NCBI GenBank assembly: GCA_951406725.2
Contig: OX597834.1
Span: 41,230,001 to 41,294,000, forward strand
Source of the DNA: Octopus vulgaris
Lineage: Eukaryota
DNA: 64,000 bases
Reading direction: 5' to 3'
Below are positions 1 to 10,399 of this stretch, piece after piece. The notes beneath the pieces are model-generated. The model saw only the letters and a list, made by a program, of their open reading frames with translations. It searched no databases and was not told where the DNA came from. Position 1 is the stretch's first letter; every line of letters begins with the position of its first letter. A program made the position numbers and the translations under genes.

Positions 1-393
1 GTCACCACTCCACCACCATCTATCATGTCCACCATCGCTCACCCATCACCCCCTGCCATCCACATTCCACACCTCACTCTTCCTTCTATCTCTCTCTCGC
101 CCCATTTCTCACTGCCCTTGCGCCACCACTTATGTGCCCCCTTCTCCAACCACCTGCCAACCATCCTTCCATTCACCCTTTCACCACCCTCAACCATCCC
201 CACCCTTCGACCACCCTTGTATCTCCCCATGTAATTAAACATTAAACAGCCTCCCCCCTCCTCTCTTCCCCCAAAACTATTTAATATTTGGGGAGGATAC
301 TAAAGCAAAATTACAAAAGAACCACCACAGGATATCCGAATGGTAAAGTGTGTGTGTGTGTGTGCGCGCCAAAGAGATGGAGTATGCGTATAG

Positions 394-431
<38 letters not shown>

Positions 432-531
432 CTGAGTGTGTGTGAGTGAAAAAGAGTGGGAAGTGGTGCAAAAAGTCTTGCGATTTGTGAATATCCGTCC
501 TGTAACCACTGCAGACAAAGTGCATTCTTTT

Positions 532-629
532 TCTTTCTCATCGTCATCATCATCGTCGTCATCATCATCATCATCATTGTTATTATCATCATCATCATCA
601 TCATCATCACCATCATCATCGTCACCACC

Positions 630-663
<34 letters not shown>

Positions 664-689
664 TCATCGTCATCATCATCATTGTTATT

Positions 690-730
<41 letters not shown>

Positions 731-790
731 TATTGTTATCGTCATTGTCGTCGTCGTCATCGTCATCATCATCATCATCATCATTGTCGC
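532..790. repeat. (ATC/TCA)n trinucleotide microsatellite with (ACC)n and (GTC) interruptions
   Basis: Directly visible. It explains the poly-D, poly-M, poly-S and poly-I ORFs in the track. Confidence 0.95.
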
Positions 791-1025
791 CCATCAGTCC
801 AAACAGCAGAGAGTGATGTGGCCCAGTGGACACAGTATTAATTGAACTACTTGCTCAAAGGTCATTAGTTCTATTTCTTTGCTGGAATTTTGTTTGTGTG
901 TGAGCGTAATTTCTCTGTGTGTCTGAAGAAGAGAGGGGAAAGTATTTATGTCAATTGGATTCACTTAATAAACTGTAATCTCTCTCTCTCCTGCTCTCTT
1001 CTATCTGTATGTGCATATTCCTGTG

Positions 1026-1072
<47 letters not shown>

Positions 1073-1076
1073 CCAG

Positions 1077-1182
1077 CACTATAAAATACTGTCACCAAAA
1101 CAGAATGAATGTCCTGTCAGTCGTGCCAAATCACCTGTGTCCAAACAACCATGGACCCAGATGGGTTGTTAGAAATTCGCTG
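1077..1182 (+). CDS. Internal coding exon of gene 1 (unidentified protein): TIKYCHQNRMNVLSVVPNHLCPNNHGPRWVVRNSL
   Basis: Acceptor (TG)n-tttgcttccag|C at 1076/1077 and donor CTG|gtattt at 1182/1183. The 106 nt (1+35 codons) are open and non-repetitive. The phase-0 end matches the phase-0 acceptors at 2918 and 5776. The donor is sub-optimal. Confidence 0.55.
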
Positions 1183-1374
1183 GTATTTGTTCTGAATCTT
1201 TGCACTTTGAATTCAAATCCTGCTATGATCAGATACCATATTTTTTACTGCATACAAGCCAACATAGTATATATTGTAAACCCGTAATGTAAACCAGTCA
1301 AACATTGTCACTATCTTTCCAATCCTGATGCATTTCAAACGGAATTTTTGGCCCTTCAAAGTCATTTTATATTT

Positions 1375-1770
1375 TTATTGCCTACAAGGGGCTAAACATA
1401 GAGGGGACAAACAAGGACAGACAAAGTGATGAAGCCATTTACATCGACCTCAGTGCATAATTGGTACTTATTTAATCAACCCCGAAAGGATGAAAAGCAA
1501 AGTTGACCTCGGCGGAATCTGAACTCAGAATGTAACGGCAGACGAAATACCTATTTCGTTACTACCCACAAGGGACTAAACACAGAGGGGACAAACGAGG
1601 ACAGACAGATTAAATCGTTTATATCGACCTCAGTGCGTAACTGGTACTTATTTAATCGACCCCGAAAGGATAAGAGGCAAAGTCGACCACGGCGGAATTT
1701 GAACTCACAACATAAAGACAGACGAAATACCACTAAGCATTTCACCTGGCGTGCTAACGTTTCTGCCAGT
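1375..1770 (-). mobile_element. SINE family B (tRNA-like head GGCGGCGAGCTGGCAGAA), head plus two tandem 184-bp body units
   Basis: Reverse complement of the family seen at 30466 and 58434. Contains a B-box-like GAGTTCAAATTCC and the central GCCTTTCATCCTTTCGGGGTCGATAAA motif. Confidence 0.9.
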
Positions 1771-2344
1771 AATCTTAGTGTATAAAGTCATCTTAGTGTA
1801 TAAATCAATTTACCTTGTTTTGGTTGTAGATTTTAGTCTGAAAGATTTGACTTGTCTACTGGAAAATACAGTGTGCTCTTCATCCTTTTGGGTTGATGAA
1901 TAAATAATTCCAGATGAAGGTGGTGGGTTGGTGGAATTGTTGTTAGAGCAAGGAGTGGGGTGGTGAGGTGCCTTGCAAGTGTTGTGTTTGTGTTGTGAGA
2001 GCAATGGCATTACTGGTTGGTGTTGGTAGTAGAACCAAACAGCTGTGGCTCTTGCCTATCTCTTGGACAACATTGATGACATGGAGGAAAGGGGGGACTT
2101 GCATGCATGGGCTACTGCTGGTCAGCTATTAAAACCTTTTCTAGGCCTGCTCTCTGAAGGAAACCCTTGCATATGCTCTTTGAAGGAAAATCTTGCATGG
2201 TCTCATGAGACACATGGAGGCTTCATTTGTGTGTATGTGTATGTGTGTGTGTGACCTCTTCAGTCTCTACTGTTCGGACTGATGGTGATGACGATGATGA
2301 TGACGATAATGATGATGATGATACTAATTCTAGTAGATCAGTGA

Positions 2345-2590
2345 AGGTGCGTGGCTTAGTGCGTGGTTAGGGTGTTGTACTCAAAGATTGAGGTTTCAGT
2401 TTTAGGACTAGGTAGTGCATTGTGTTCTTGAGCAAAACACTTCATTCCACGATGCTCCAGTCCACTCAACTAGCAACAGCCAGGAAGTTTAACCCCGTGA
2501 TGGACTGACATCCTATCCAGGAGGGAGTGTTGTAATCTCAGACACTTATTCATCACGGAAACTGGGCTAAGCTTGGCCTTACGAGTTCTA
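2345..2590 (+). mobile_element. Degenerate SINE (family C-related; tRNA head plus TGTGTTCTTGAGCAAAACACTT core)
   Basis: A-box-like GTGGCTTAGTG..GGTTAG. Core and tail resemble the copy at 16611-16910. Confidence 0.65.
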
Positions 2591-2917
2591 GGGCCCCCCT
2601 CTCCCCTCCTTACTCCCCATCCCTCACACATGCACAGTGCATGCACACACATATGCGCGTGCACACACATACGCACACACACACATGCGCCCGCCAAACA
2701 TGCGTCCGCAACACATGCACATGCACACAAATATGCATGCATATGCATGCACGTGCACACATGCACATACACATACACACACACATGTGCATGCACATAC
2801 ACACACACATGCACACACATGAACAGAATCTGTATTTATGAAAATGTTTGTGCTATCTGACTTATATCTTTTGCTTTTCATGTTTTTTTCACCTTTATTT
2901 TTATTTGTCTGTTTTAG

Positions 2918-3047
2918 GAAACGGTCTGTGATGAAAAGGACGGTTGGTGCATGAAAGACATGAACGACAAATGCCGTGAGATTATGTACCATAAACTCAA
3001 TACTTATTCTCCGGTCGGCGAAAACACTGGGAAGAAAGTTCCAAAAA
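2918..3047 (+). CDS. Internal coding exon of gene 1: ETVCDEKDGWCMKDMNDKCREIMYHKLNTYSPVGENTGKKVPK(K)
   Basis: Strong acceptor ttttatttgtctgttttag|GAA and consensus donor AAA|gtaagt. The 130 nt (43 codons+1) are open. The phase-1 end joins 4048 in frame (A+AG=Lys). Confidence 0.85.
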
Positions 3048-3363
3048 GTAAGTTGCTGTTGTTTTTGTTGTGACTGTTGTTGTTGTTCATAAGCCTGGTC
3101 ACCTCTGATCGAAGTGACTTTTGCTGAACTGCTAAGTTGCAAGGACACAAACAAACCAACACTAGTTGTTAAGCAGTGATGGGGGTCAAGCACAAAGGCA
3201 CACACACATGCATATGCACACACACACACGTGATTGCAGACAGTTTATGACTTCTGAGCTCAAGATACTTGCTCAAGGTACTGCACTGTTGGACTGAACC
3301 CCAAACCACCTGGTTACAAAGTATGCTTCTTAACCATACAGCCTGTGCCTATATGGTCTTGTT

Positions 3364-3738
3364 CTCTTTTACTCTTTTACTTGTTTCAGTCATTTGGCTG
3401 CGGCCATGCTGGAGCACCGCCTTTACTCGAGCAAATCGACCCCGGGACTTATTCTTTTGTAAGCCTAGTACTTATTCTATTGGTCTCTTTTGCCGAACTG
3501 CTAAGTGATGGGGACATAAACACACAAGCATTGGTTGTCAAGCAATGCTAGGGGAACAAACACTGACACACAAACATACACACACACATATATACGACAA
3601 GCTTCTTTCAGTTTCCATCTACCAAACCCTCTCACAAGGCATTGGTTGGCCCGAGGCTATAGTGGAAGGCATTTGCCCAAGATGCCACACAGTGGGACTG
3701 AACCCGGAACCATGTGGTTGGTAAGCAAGCTGCACCTA
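3364..3738 (-). mobile_element. SINE family A (head GGAGTGGCTGTGTGGTAAG..GGTTCAGTCCC, CORE-like ACCTTGGGCAAGT, internal TA/TG microsatellite, tail ..GACTGAAACAAGTAAAAGAG)
   Basis: Near-identical to the copies at 21005 and 40171. Confidence 0.9.
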
Positions 3739-3789
3739 TAATTTGTTCATATATTTGTTCAATCCCTTTCTTCTCTTCTTGTCTTGAGA

Positions 3790-3990
3790 CAGCATTTCAC
3801 CCGGGGTGGGTTGAGCTGGCTTCATTCATCCGCAATGCAATACTTGGCGAAAGATTTGCTGACGTCCAGTTTGCTATCAACGAGCCCCAGCGTGTTGCAT
3901 CGCAGATGGGTACGAAAGTCAATGCCTCGAAGACCCAAATCCTCACAGCCGGCTTTGCCCCCACCAGACAAAACACCCATTGTCCTCAAT
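3790..3990 (+). pseudogene. Degenerate LINE reverse-transcriptase fragment (RTE-like)
   Basis: Translation ..ILGERFADVQFAINEPQRVASQMGTKVNASKTQIL resembles the segment after the YADD motif (GLKVNxSKTK). Confidence 0.65.
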
Positions 3991-4047
3991 CCCTTTGTAA
4001 TTTTCTCATTACTATACTGACTTTTAGCCTTTCTTTTCCACTTTCAG

Positions 4048-4163
4048 AGAAACCTGTGAAACAGATATTCACTTCCCTTGCCAGTTCGGAAGACAGTGAC
4101 TCAGACGTCCCAGGGGAAGATCCCATGAATGAGATGGAAACTGAAATGCTAGACTGTGTCTAG
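4048..4163 (+). CDS. Terminal coding exon (isoform a) of gene 1: KPVKQIFTSLASSEDSDSDVPGEDPMNEMETEMLDCV*
   Basis: Long polypyrimidine acceptor cttttagcctttcttttccactttcag|AG. It is in phase with the 2918-3047 exon, stops at TAG 4161-4163, and is followed by a U-rich 3'UTR-like tract. Confidence 0.8.
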
Positions 4164-4462
4164 AACTGCTACATTGTTGACCAACAATCATGTTCACCAT
4201 CTGTTCACTACATTACTTATGGTCATTCTCTTAACCATGAACATTAACATTATTCTGTAACTTCCATAGATTTTTTGTTTTGTTTTTGTCTTTTCTCTCT
4301 CTCTCCTGTAGTAAAAATCTCTTTGTATTTAGTTTGTTTGGTTCCTTTTTTTAAAATTATTTATTGTTTTTGTTTCTTAAATGAATAACATTCGTGTACT
4401 GGGCTTGATTCAGTCGGTTAAACTTTCTCTTCATATTTTGGCCTTGTATTTATGTTAGAAAA

Positions 4463-4575
4463 GGCGTAGGAGTGGCTGTGTGGTAAGTAGCTTGCTTACC
4501 AACCACATGGTTCTGGGTTCAGTCCCACTGTGTGCCACCTTGGGCAAGTGTCTTCCACTATAGCCTCGGGCCGAG
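4463..4575 (+). mobile_element. SINE family A, 5' head only
   Basis: GGCGTAGGAGTGGCTGTGTGGTAAGTAGCTTGCTT...TAGCCTCGGGCCG. Confidence 0.85.
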
Positions 4576-4659
4576 CATAGTCAACCATTTTGTCCAACAC
4601 TGAATGATTCCCTCAAACTCACCCTAACCCTCTCAGCTGTACACACAAGTCCTTCAATT

Positions 4660-4842
4660 TTGGTGGAGGGGGATAGTTGATTACATCAACCCCAGTGCTC
4701 GCCTGGTACTTATTTTATTGACCCTGAAAGAATGAAAAGCTAAGTCAACCTTGGAGGAATTTGAACTCAGAATGTAAAGACAAACAAAATACTGCAAAGC
4801 ATTTTGCCTGGCGTGCTAACGATTCTGCCAGCTTACCACCTG
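4660..4842 (-). mobile_element. SINE family B, older degenerate copy
   Basis: Reverse complement of the family B head and central motif. Confidence 0.8.
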
Positions 4843-4983
4843 GCAAACTTACTACTAATAATAAACTGACCTATGCATGTTCTTACCTGTATATACCTGC
4901 AGGGCAATTTTGTGTTTTTTTTTGCATATATGACTGTTGTTTTCCAATAGTACCTCTGTACGTCTGTGATGGTATGATTGTGA

Positions 4984-5570
4984 TGGCGGCGAGCTGGCAG
5001 AAACGTTAGCATGCCGTAGCCGTATTTTGTCTGCCGTTACGTTCTGAGTTCAAATTCCGCCAAGGTTGACTTTGCCTTTCATCCTTTTGGGGTCGATAAA
5101 TTAAGTACCAGTTATGCACTGGGGTCGATGTAATCGACTCAATCCGTTTGTCTGTCCTTGTTTGTCCCTTCTGTGTTTAGCCCCATGTGGGTAATAAAGA
5201 AATAAGTATTTTGTTTGACTATGTTCTGAGTTCAAATTCCGCCGAGGTCGACTTTGCCTTTCATCCTTTTGGGGTCGATAAATTAAGTACCAGTTACGCA
5301 CTGGGGTCGATGTAATCAACTTAATCCGTTTGTCTGTCCTTGTTTGTCCTCTGTGTGTTTAGCCCCTTGTGGGTAGTAAAGAAACAGGTATTTTGTTTGA
5401 CTATGTTCTGAGTTCAAATTCCGCTGAGGTTGACTTTGCCTTTCATCCTTTCGGGGTCGATAAATTAAGTACCAGTTACGCAATGGGGTCGATGTAATCG
5501 ACTTAATCCGTTTGTCTGTCCTTGTTTGTCCTCTCTGTGTTTAGCCCCTTGTGGGTAATAAAGAAATAGG
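4984..5570 (+). mobile_element. SINE family B, head plus three tandem body units
   Basis: GGCGGCGAGCTGGCAGAAACGTTAGC followed by three ~183-bp units, each ending AAAGAAA(T/C)A. Confidence 0.92.
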
Positions 5571-5775
5571 TATAATTGTGTGTGTGTGTGTGTGTGTCTC
5601 TACATGAGTATTTTGATACAAGGACATCTTCATCTTCATTGCATCACAATCAATTTAACGGTTCCATGCTTACATGAAATTCATTGATGAATATTATTTT
5701 ATGATCTGCTACTCTTCTCATTTCCCATCCCCAAAGAAATCACTCACCTGTATCCTTCTGCATTCCATTGAACAG

Positions 5776-5850
5776 GAACAACAGTGGTCCTGGCATATCT
5801 TTACGGAAGATTGCAAAAGAACATTTGTTAATCAGTGCATAATGTCTTGA
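5776..5850 (+). CDS. Alternative terminal exon (isoform b) of gene 1: EQQWSWHIFTEDCKRTFVNQCIMS*, ending in a CaaX box
   Basis: Branch-like CACTCAC (5741-5747), then tatccttctgcattccattgaacag|GAA. The phase-0 reading ends CIMS-TGA. AATAAA lies at 5920-5925 and ATTAAA at 5991-5996. Confidence 0.6.
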   Translation, partial: EQQWSWHIFTEDCKRTFVNQCIMS

Positions 5851-5857
5851 CAAGGGG

Positions 5858-5894
<37 letters not shown>

Positions 5895-5919
5895 CAGATT
5901 TGGTAGAACAAACAAGATT

Positions 5920-5925
5920 AATAAA
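5920..5925 (+). terminator. Candidate polyadenylation signal AATAAA for isoform b
   Basis: Lies 70 nt downstream of the CIMS stop, followed by TG/T-rich sequence. Confidence 0.5.
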
Positions 5926-6013
5926 ACTCAACACGTGAATATATGTACATATTTTGATTGCGCATGGCATTGTGTTCTGTGCCATGGATGATTAAAAATG
6001 ATAATTAAATAAA

Positions 6014-6165
6014 TGTGTGGTTGAGAAGTTGGCTTCCCAACCACATGGTTTTGGGTTCAGTCCCACTATGTGGCACCTTGGATAAGTGTCTCCTACTGTA
6101 GCTCCAGGCCAACCAAAGCCTTGTGAGTGGATTTGGTAGATGGAAACTGAAAGATTCCTTTTACA
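6014..6165 (+). mobile_element. SINE family A head, diverged
   Basis: TGTGTGGTTGAGAAG..GGTTCAGTCCCACT..GGCACCTTGG..GATGGAAACTGAAAGA. Confidence 0.8.
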
Positions 6166-6215
6166 CGTGTGTGCGTGTGTGTGTGTGTGTTTGTTTGTGT
6201 GTTTGTGTGTGTAAA

Positions 6216-6548
6216 AAGTAAAGACCCCTTCAGTCATGTATGACCATGGGATTGTATGCAGAAATTTCCTTTCCGAGGCACAAGTCTGAGCAAGGTTGTT
6301 TGTGGAAGACCAGCAGTTGCCCATGCATACCAGTTTCCCCTCTTCATGCCTCTGCTGTTTGCTCAAGGTAAAGGCAAAGGGGCCGATACAGCTTGGCACC
6401 TGTGATGTCACAACTCATTTCTACAGCTGAGTGAATGGGAGCAACATGAAATAAAGTGTCTTGCTCAAGAACACAACACACAGCTCGGTCCGGGATTTGA
6501 ACTCACAATCTCATGATTGTAAGCCCAATGCTCTAACCATTGAGTCAT
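6216..6548 (-). mobile_element. SINE (tRNA head plus GTGTTCTTGAGCAAGACACTT core plus long tail); second copy at about 27990-28275 (-)
   Basis: The two copies align over about 290 bp. The tail is shared with 59850-60050. Confidence 0.8.
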
Positions 6549-6798
6549 GCATGTGTGTGTGTGTGTGTGTGTATAATGTTTGTTTTTGTCTCCTTGTCTT
6601 GATCTCAGGTGATTATTGTAAATGACTGTCATTCATTTCCAATATTTTGCAAAAATATGTCTGGTCAAAGGGGAATATTAACTTTGCTTGGAAACCAAGA
6701 AGGACTTGGTAACAGGAAAGGCATCCAACTGTAGAAATCTGACCCATCCAAGCATGGAAAAGTGAATGTTAAAATGACAACAATGATATATATATCTC

Positions 6799-6830
<32 letters not shown>

Positions 6831-6963
6831 CATCATCATCATTGTTTAACGTCCGTTTTCCATGCTAGCATGGGTTGGACGGTCGACCGGGGTCTGGAAA
6901 GCCTGGAGGCTGCACCAGGCTCCAATCTTGATCTGGCAAAGTTTCTACAGCTGGATGCCCTTC

Positions 6964-7560
6964 TAACAAAGCACGCAGAGTTCTGTTCTTGATTCGGCGG
7001 TCATTCAGAATGCTCACAGCAGCCATATTCCTACCGCTCTGTCACGCTGGTGAGACCCATATTGGAGTACGGGATTCAAGCCTCTTCTCCTTATCTCCTC
7101 AAAGACATACAGCATCTCGAAAGAGTCCAGAAGCTGGCTACCCGCATAATTCTTGGTCTCAAGAATTTGTCTTATGAAGAAAGGCTGAAGACGCTCGACC
7201 TTTATTCTCTAGAAAAATGACGCCGCCGTGGTGATCTCATTCTTGCTCACAACATCATAAGCGGAAAGTGTAACCTCTCGAAAGAGCTGTTCTTCACTCC
7301 TGCTCCAGAGCGTCGGCTGCGGGGTCATTCCGAAAAGCTCTATCTGCGACGATTTCATCTCAATCGAAGGAGAGGGGCTTTCTCCATCCTGGTTGCGGAT
7401 CCATAGAATAAGCTGCCGGACGAGATAGCGAAGATGCCGACGACCGCTCGGTTCAAAGTCTCCCTTGACCTCAAGTGGCCTGAACTCTTTACATGAATAC
7501 CACCCTGTACATAACTCCATGTCCCCCTACATGGCCTTGCTTTTTGCTTTTTGAGCCAAA
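6964..7560 (+). mobile_element. 5'-truncated CR1-clade LINE (ORF2 C-terminus plus 3'UTR), inactivated
   Basis: Translation across a frameshift gives NKARRVLFLIRRSF..TLVRPILEYG..KDIQHLERVQKLATR..LSYEERLKTLDLYSLEK*RRRGDLI, the classic CR1 RT C-terminal signature. Confidence 0.9.
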
Positions 7561-7575
7561 AAACTTAATAGTAAT

Positions 7576-7975
7576 TTGAAGCCCTCCATTCCTATTCATG
7601 AATCATATGAGAATATGAAACTTTTACTTCATGCCATTGCCTATGAAAGATACTCATGGAAAATACGTGGAGGTTTAAAAGTCATTGGAATGTTAATGGG
7701 AATACAGCCAGGTTCCACAAAATACTGTTGTTTCTTGTGTCTATGGGATAATGGGCAGCTGACAGACATTATTCGGAGTCAAACTGGCAGGCCAAAACAT
7801 CTTACCAGCCAGGACTGTCTAGCGTCAAGAATACACCTCTTGTAGATCCATGCAATGTCCTATTGCCTCCTTTGCACGCAAAGCTTGGCCTGATGAAACA
7901 GTTTGTAAAGACAGAAGGGAAGAGAAATGTCAGAGGGTTTGAGTATATTGTAGAAAAGTTTCCCAAAATCACACG
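7576..7975 (+). mobile_element. Transposase fragment, Chapaev3-like (CMC superfamily)
   Basis: ESYENMKLLL..LKVIGMLMGIQPGSTKYCCFLCLWD and, after a frameshift, VLLPPLHAKLGLMKQFVK. The motifs were recognised from memory of this family. Confidence 0.75.
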
Positions 7976-8371
7976 GACTCATTCATAATGAGTATAGTAC
8001 ATTTAATTTTGCTGACCAGTGTTATCTTAACGAGTACCTGTAATCTTTTTAAAAATATTTATAGCTCACACATATTTCATTGTTTAATACTAGAAGTCTT
8101 TATAAAGAAATCTGTTGATGTTTTTGTGACTAGGAATTTACTGTAAGAATGTAATTCATAAAATCGTTATGAACCGATGATAAAAGGATTATGCTTCACG
8201 TCGTTACACTTCGAATTACATTTTTCAAAAACCTATCAACAACAGTCAGTTATGTAACACACACACACAAACACACACACAAGGTGCGTGAGGTATTTGG
8301 TATTCTTTTTTAGAAAAACATAACTGAATGCAACTTTATTAATGATAAAATATTGCAATTATGAACTAGAT

Positions 8372-8549
8372 CAGTGCTCTGCAACCGGTGTGCCGCGGCA
8401 CACAGGTGTGTCACGAGACGATGCTAAGTGTGCCACAGTGTAGTCTGAACATAATTTCTTTCTCTATAATTTATTTTTAGTTTAGGTGTGCCGCCGAATT
8501 TTGAGAAGAATATAATGTGACGCAGGTGAAAAAAGGTTGCGGAGCACTG
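8372..8549. mobile_element. hAT (Charlie-like) MITE
   Basis: TIRs CAGTGCTCTGCAACC / GGTTGCGGAGCACTG. 8-bp TSD AACTAGAT / AACTTGAT (one mismatch). Confidence 0.9.
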
Positions 8550-8573
8550 AACTTGATTGTGTTCTTTATAATC

Positions 8574-9066
8574 TTATTCAATGTAGCCATCTTCAGCATT
8601 AATAACTGTTTCTATGTGTGAGGTCTGAATCGTCTACATGCCCAAATTAAATGGTCCCGATTCATATCAGACATTACTTTCACTATGGCGGCTTTCGAAG
8701 AATCTGTGCTGCTATGGGGACGTTGATCGTCCTCCCTCTCAACAACATTCCACACAAGGTAGTCCAATGGATTGAGACCAGATGAGTTTGGAGGCCAGAT
8801 GTTAGGGGTTAGGTGGTCATGAAAATTGTCAGCCATTCATTCTTGGATTGCTTGAGCCTTATGTGGTGGGACAGAGTCCTGCTGAAATACGTGTAACCTT
8901 CCATTGCGTACCTTGTCTACCCAGGGCTTCATAACTGTTTCCAGGACCTGAATGTAACCAGCAGAATTAATTCTACGTATTTGTGGAAGGAACGGAGGAG
9001 GCATCACCTGTCCTTCATTACTGTCAACTCCAAAAGTCATGATAGTTGCAGGTAATTTTGTGTATA
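8574..9066 (-). mobile_element. Tc1/mariner-superfamily transposase remnant, DD37D (maT-type)
   Basis: VFQQD-x37-D counted across an in-frame stop (FQQDSVPPHKAQAIQE*MADNF..WPPNSSGLNPLDY..W). The 3' flank continues to about 8280 and is interrupted by the hAT MITE. Confidence 0.85.
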
Positions 9067-9070
9067 TGAC

Positions 9071-9230
9071 TAGGAGTGGCTGTGTGGTAAGTAGCTTGCT
9101 TACCAGCCACATGGTTCCGGGTTCAGTCCCACTGCGTGGCACCTTGGGCAAGTGTCTTCTACTATAGCCTCGGGCCGACCAAAGCCTTGTGAGTGGATTT
9201 GGTAGACGGAAACTGAAAGAAGCCCATCGT
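9071..9230 (+). mobile_element. SINE family A head, abutting the maT remnant
   Basis: Matches the family A consensus. Confidence 0.9.
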
Positions 9231-9483
9231 ATATATGTATATGTATATATGTATGTGTGTGTATATGCAGCACGGAATTTTGACAGTGAACAAGTTGAGG
9301 TCTCAAAGAGACAAAAATATTTTGGAAAATTGAATTTAAATATTGAAGTGAATCTAACGGTTTTCGCATGTTTTTAAATGGCTTATAAACACCTTCCACG
9401 CTGCAATTGTTTTTCATTTAACACATGATCTCAGATCGGGTCACTTGGTATGCAAGTACATCTCCGTAATATCTCTATATCTA

Positions 9484-9526
<43 letters not shown>

Positions 9527-9575
9527 AAAATATCATAAATAGGTAACTATATATGCATACGTACATACCTGTATA

Positions 9576-9608
<33 letters not shown>

Positions 9609-9690
9609 AGTATATATAAAAGTATATATATTTCATATGTATATATATTATATCCATACTTGCAAAAACACACACATACACATATACATG

Positions 9691-9723
<33 letters not shown>

Positions 9724-10085
9724 CATTCATACATTCCTTCATACATACATATATACATACATATATATATATATTTAGAGAGAGAGAGAGGGGGGAGAAA
9801 GAGAGTGGGGAAGGAGAGAGAAAGAAGAATAGAGAAACTAGTAAGACACTTTTCTCCTCCACTGCCTCAATAAAAGGTGAGAAAAGCACTGAAAAGGGTG
9901 TATTGTGTAAGAGGTATATGTTGCAGGAATCGGCGGGGTGGCGGCGGTGGGAACGGCGTGTGTGCGATGGTGTTAGTGGTCGAGGTGGTGGTGGTGGTCG
10001 AGGTGGTGGTGGATGGCTGGTTTGGTAACCGGGGTGGATTGTGGTTGTGGCGCAACCGGGTGAATGGAGTAGATGTGTATGGTAG

Positions 10086-10246
10086 CTATTGGAAACTTGT
10101 TGCGTGGGGTATGTTCGTGAATGTGGCGGTGGCGGTTGGAGGCGGCGGTTGCGGTGGCGGTGGCGGTGGCGGCGGTGGTACAGCGGAATGTGGTGGAGGT
10201 GGGAACCGGTTGGATTGTGATTTTTGGAGTGGGTGGGTCTCCTGGC
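10086..10246 (-). CDS. Candidate terminal coding exon of a convergent - strand gene 2: (G)QETHPLQKSQSNRFPPPPHSAVPPPPPPPPPQPPPPTATATFTNIPHATSFQ*
   Basis: Strong acceptor ttttttcttctctctcttcgtttacacgtag|GC at 10247/10246, and a CpG-rich non-TE sequence. The phase-1 reading gives a Pro-rich tail ending TAG at 10088-10086. The other two frames are also open for at least this length, so the frame is uncertain. Confidence 0.5.
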
Positions 10247-10399
10247 CTACGTGTAAACGAAGAGAGAGAAGAAAAAAGCTCTCTTTACGAAGTCTCGAAT
10301 AAAAGAAATGAGGTGACTTAAAGAAAAAACTGACAAAGCCTTATGAAGGACACAGACAGAGCAAGACATTTTTATAGAGATAGCTACCACTGTTCGTTG

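Noticed and set aside
250-342. Possible upstream exon of gene 1 (LPPPLFPQNYLIFGEDTKAKLQKNHHRISE, donor TG|gtaaag, phase compatible with 1077)
   Set aside because: The acceptor lacks a polypyrimidine tract and the donor is weak, so it is not supportable without transcripts.
300-845. Poly-Asp, poly-Met, poly-Ser and poly-Ile ORFs
   Set aside because: These are translations of an (ATC)n microsatellite that is open in most frames. The same applies to the many YI/CV/HT/MYVC/LSIY ORFs throughout the track.
5748-5845. Minus-strand exon reading HYALINKCSFAIFRKDMPGPLLFLFNGMQKDT with CAG|gtgagt donor
   Set aside because: The same bases are better explained on the + strand as branch point, acceptor, CaaX-stop and AATAAA. 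The minus-strand reading is not fully excluded.
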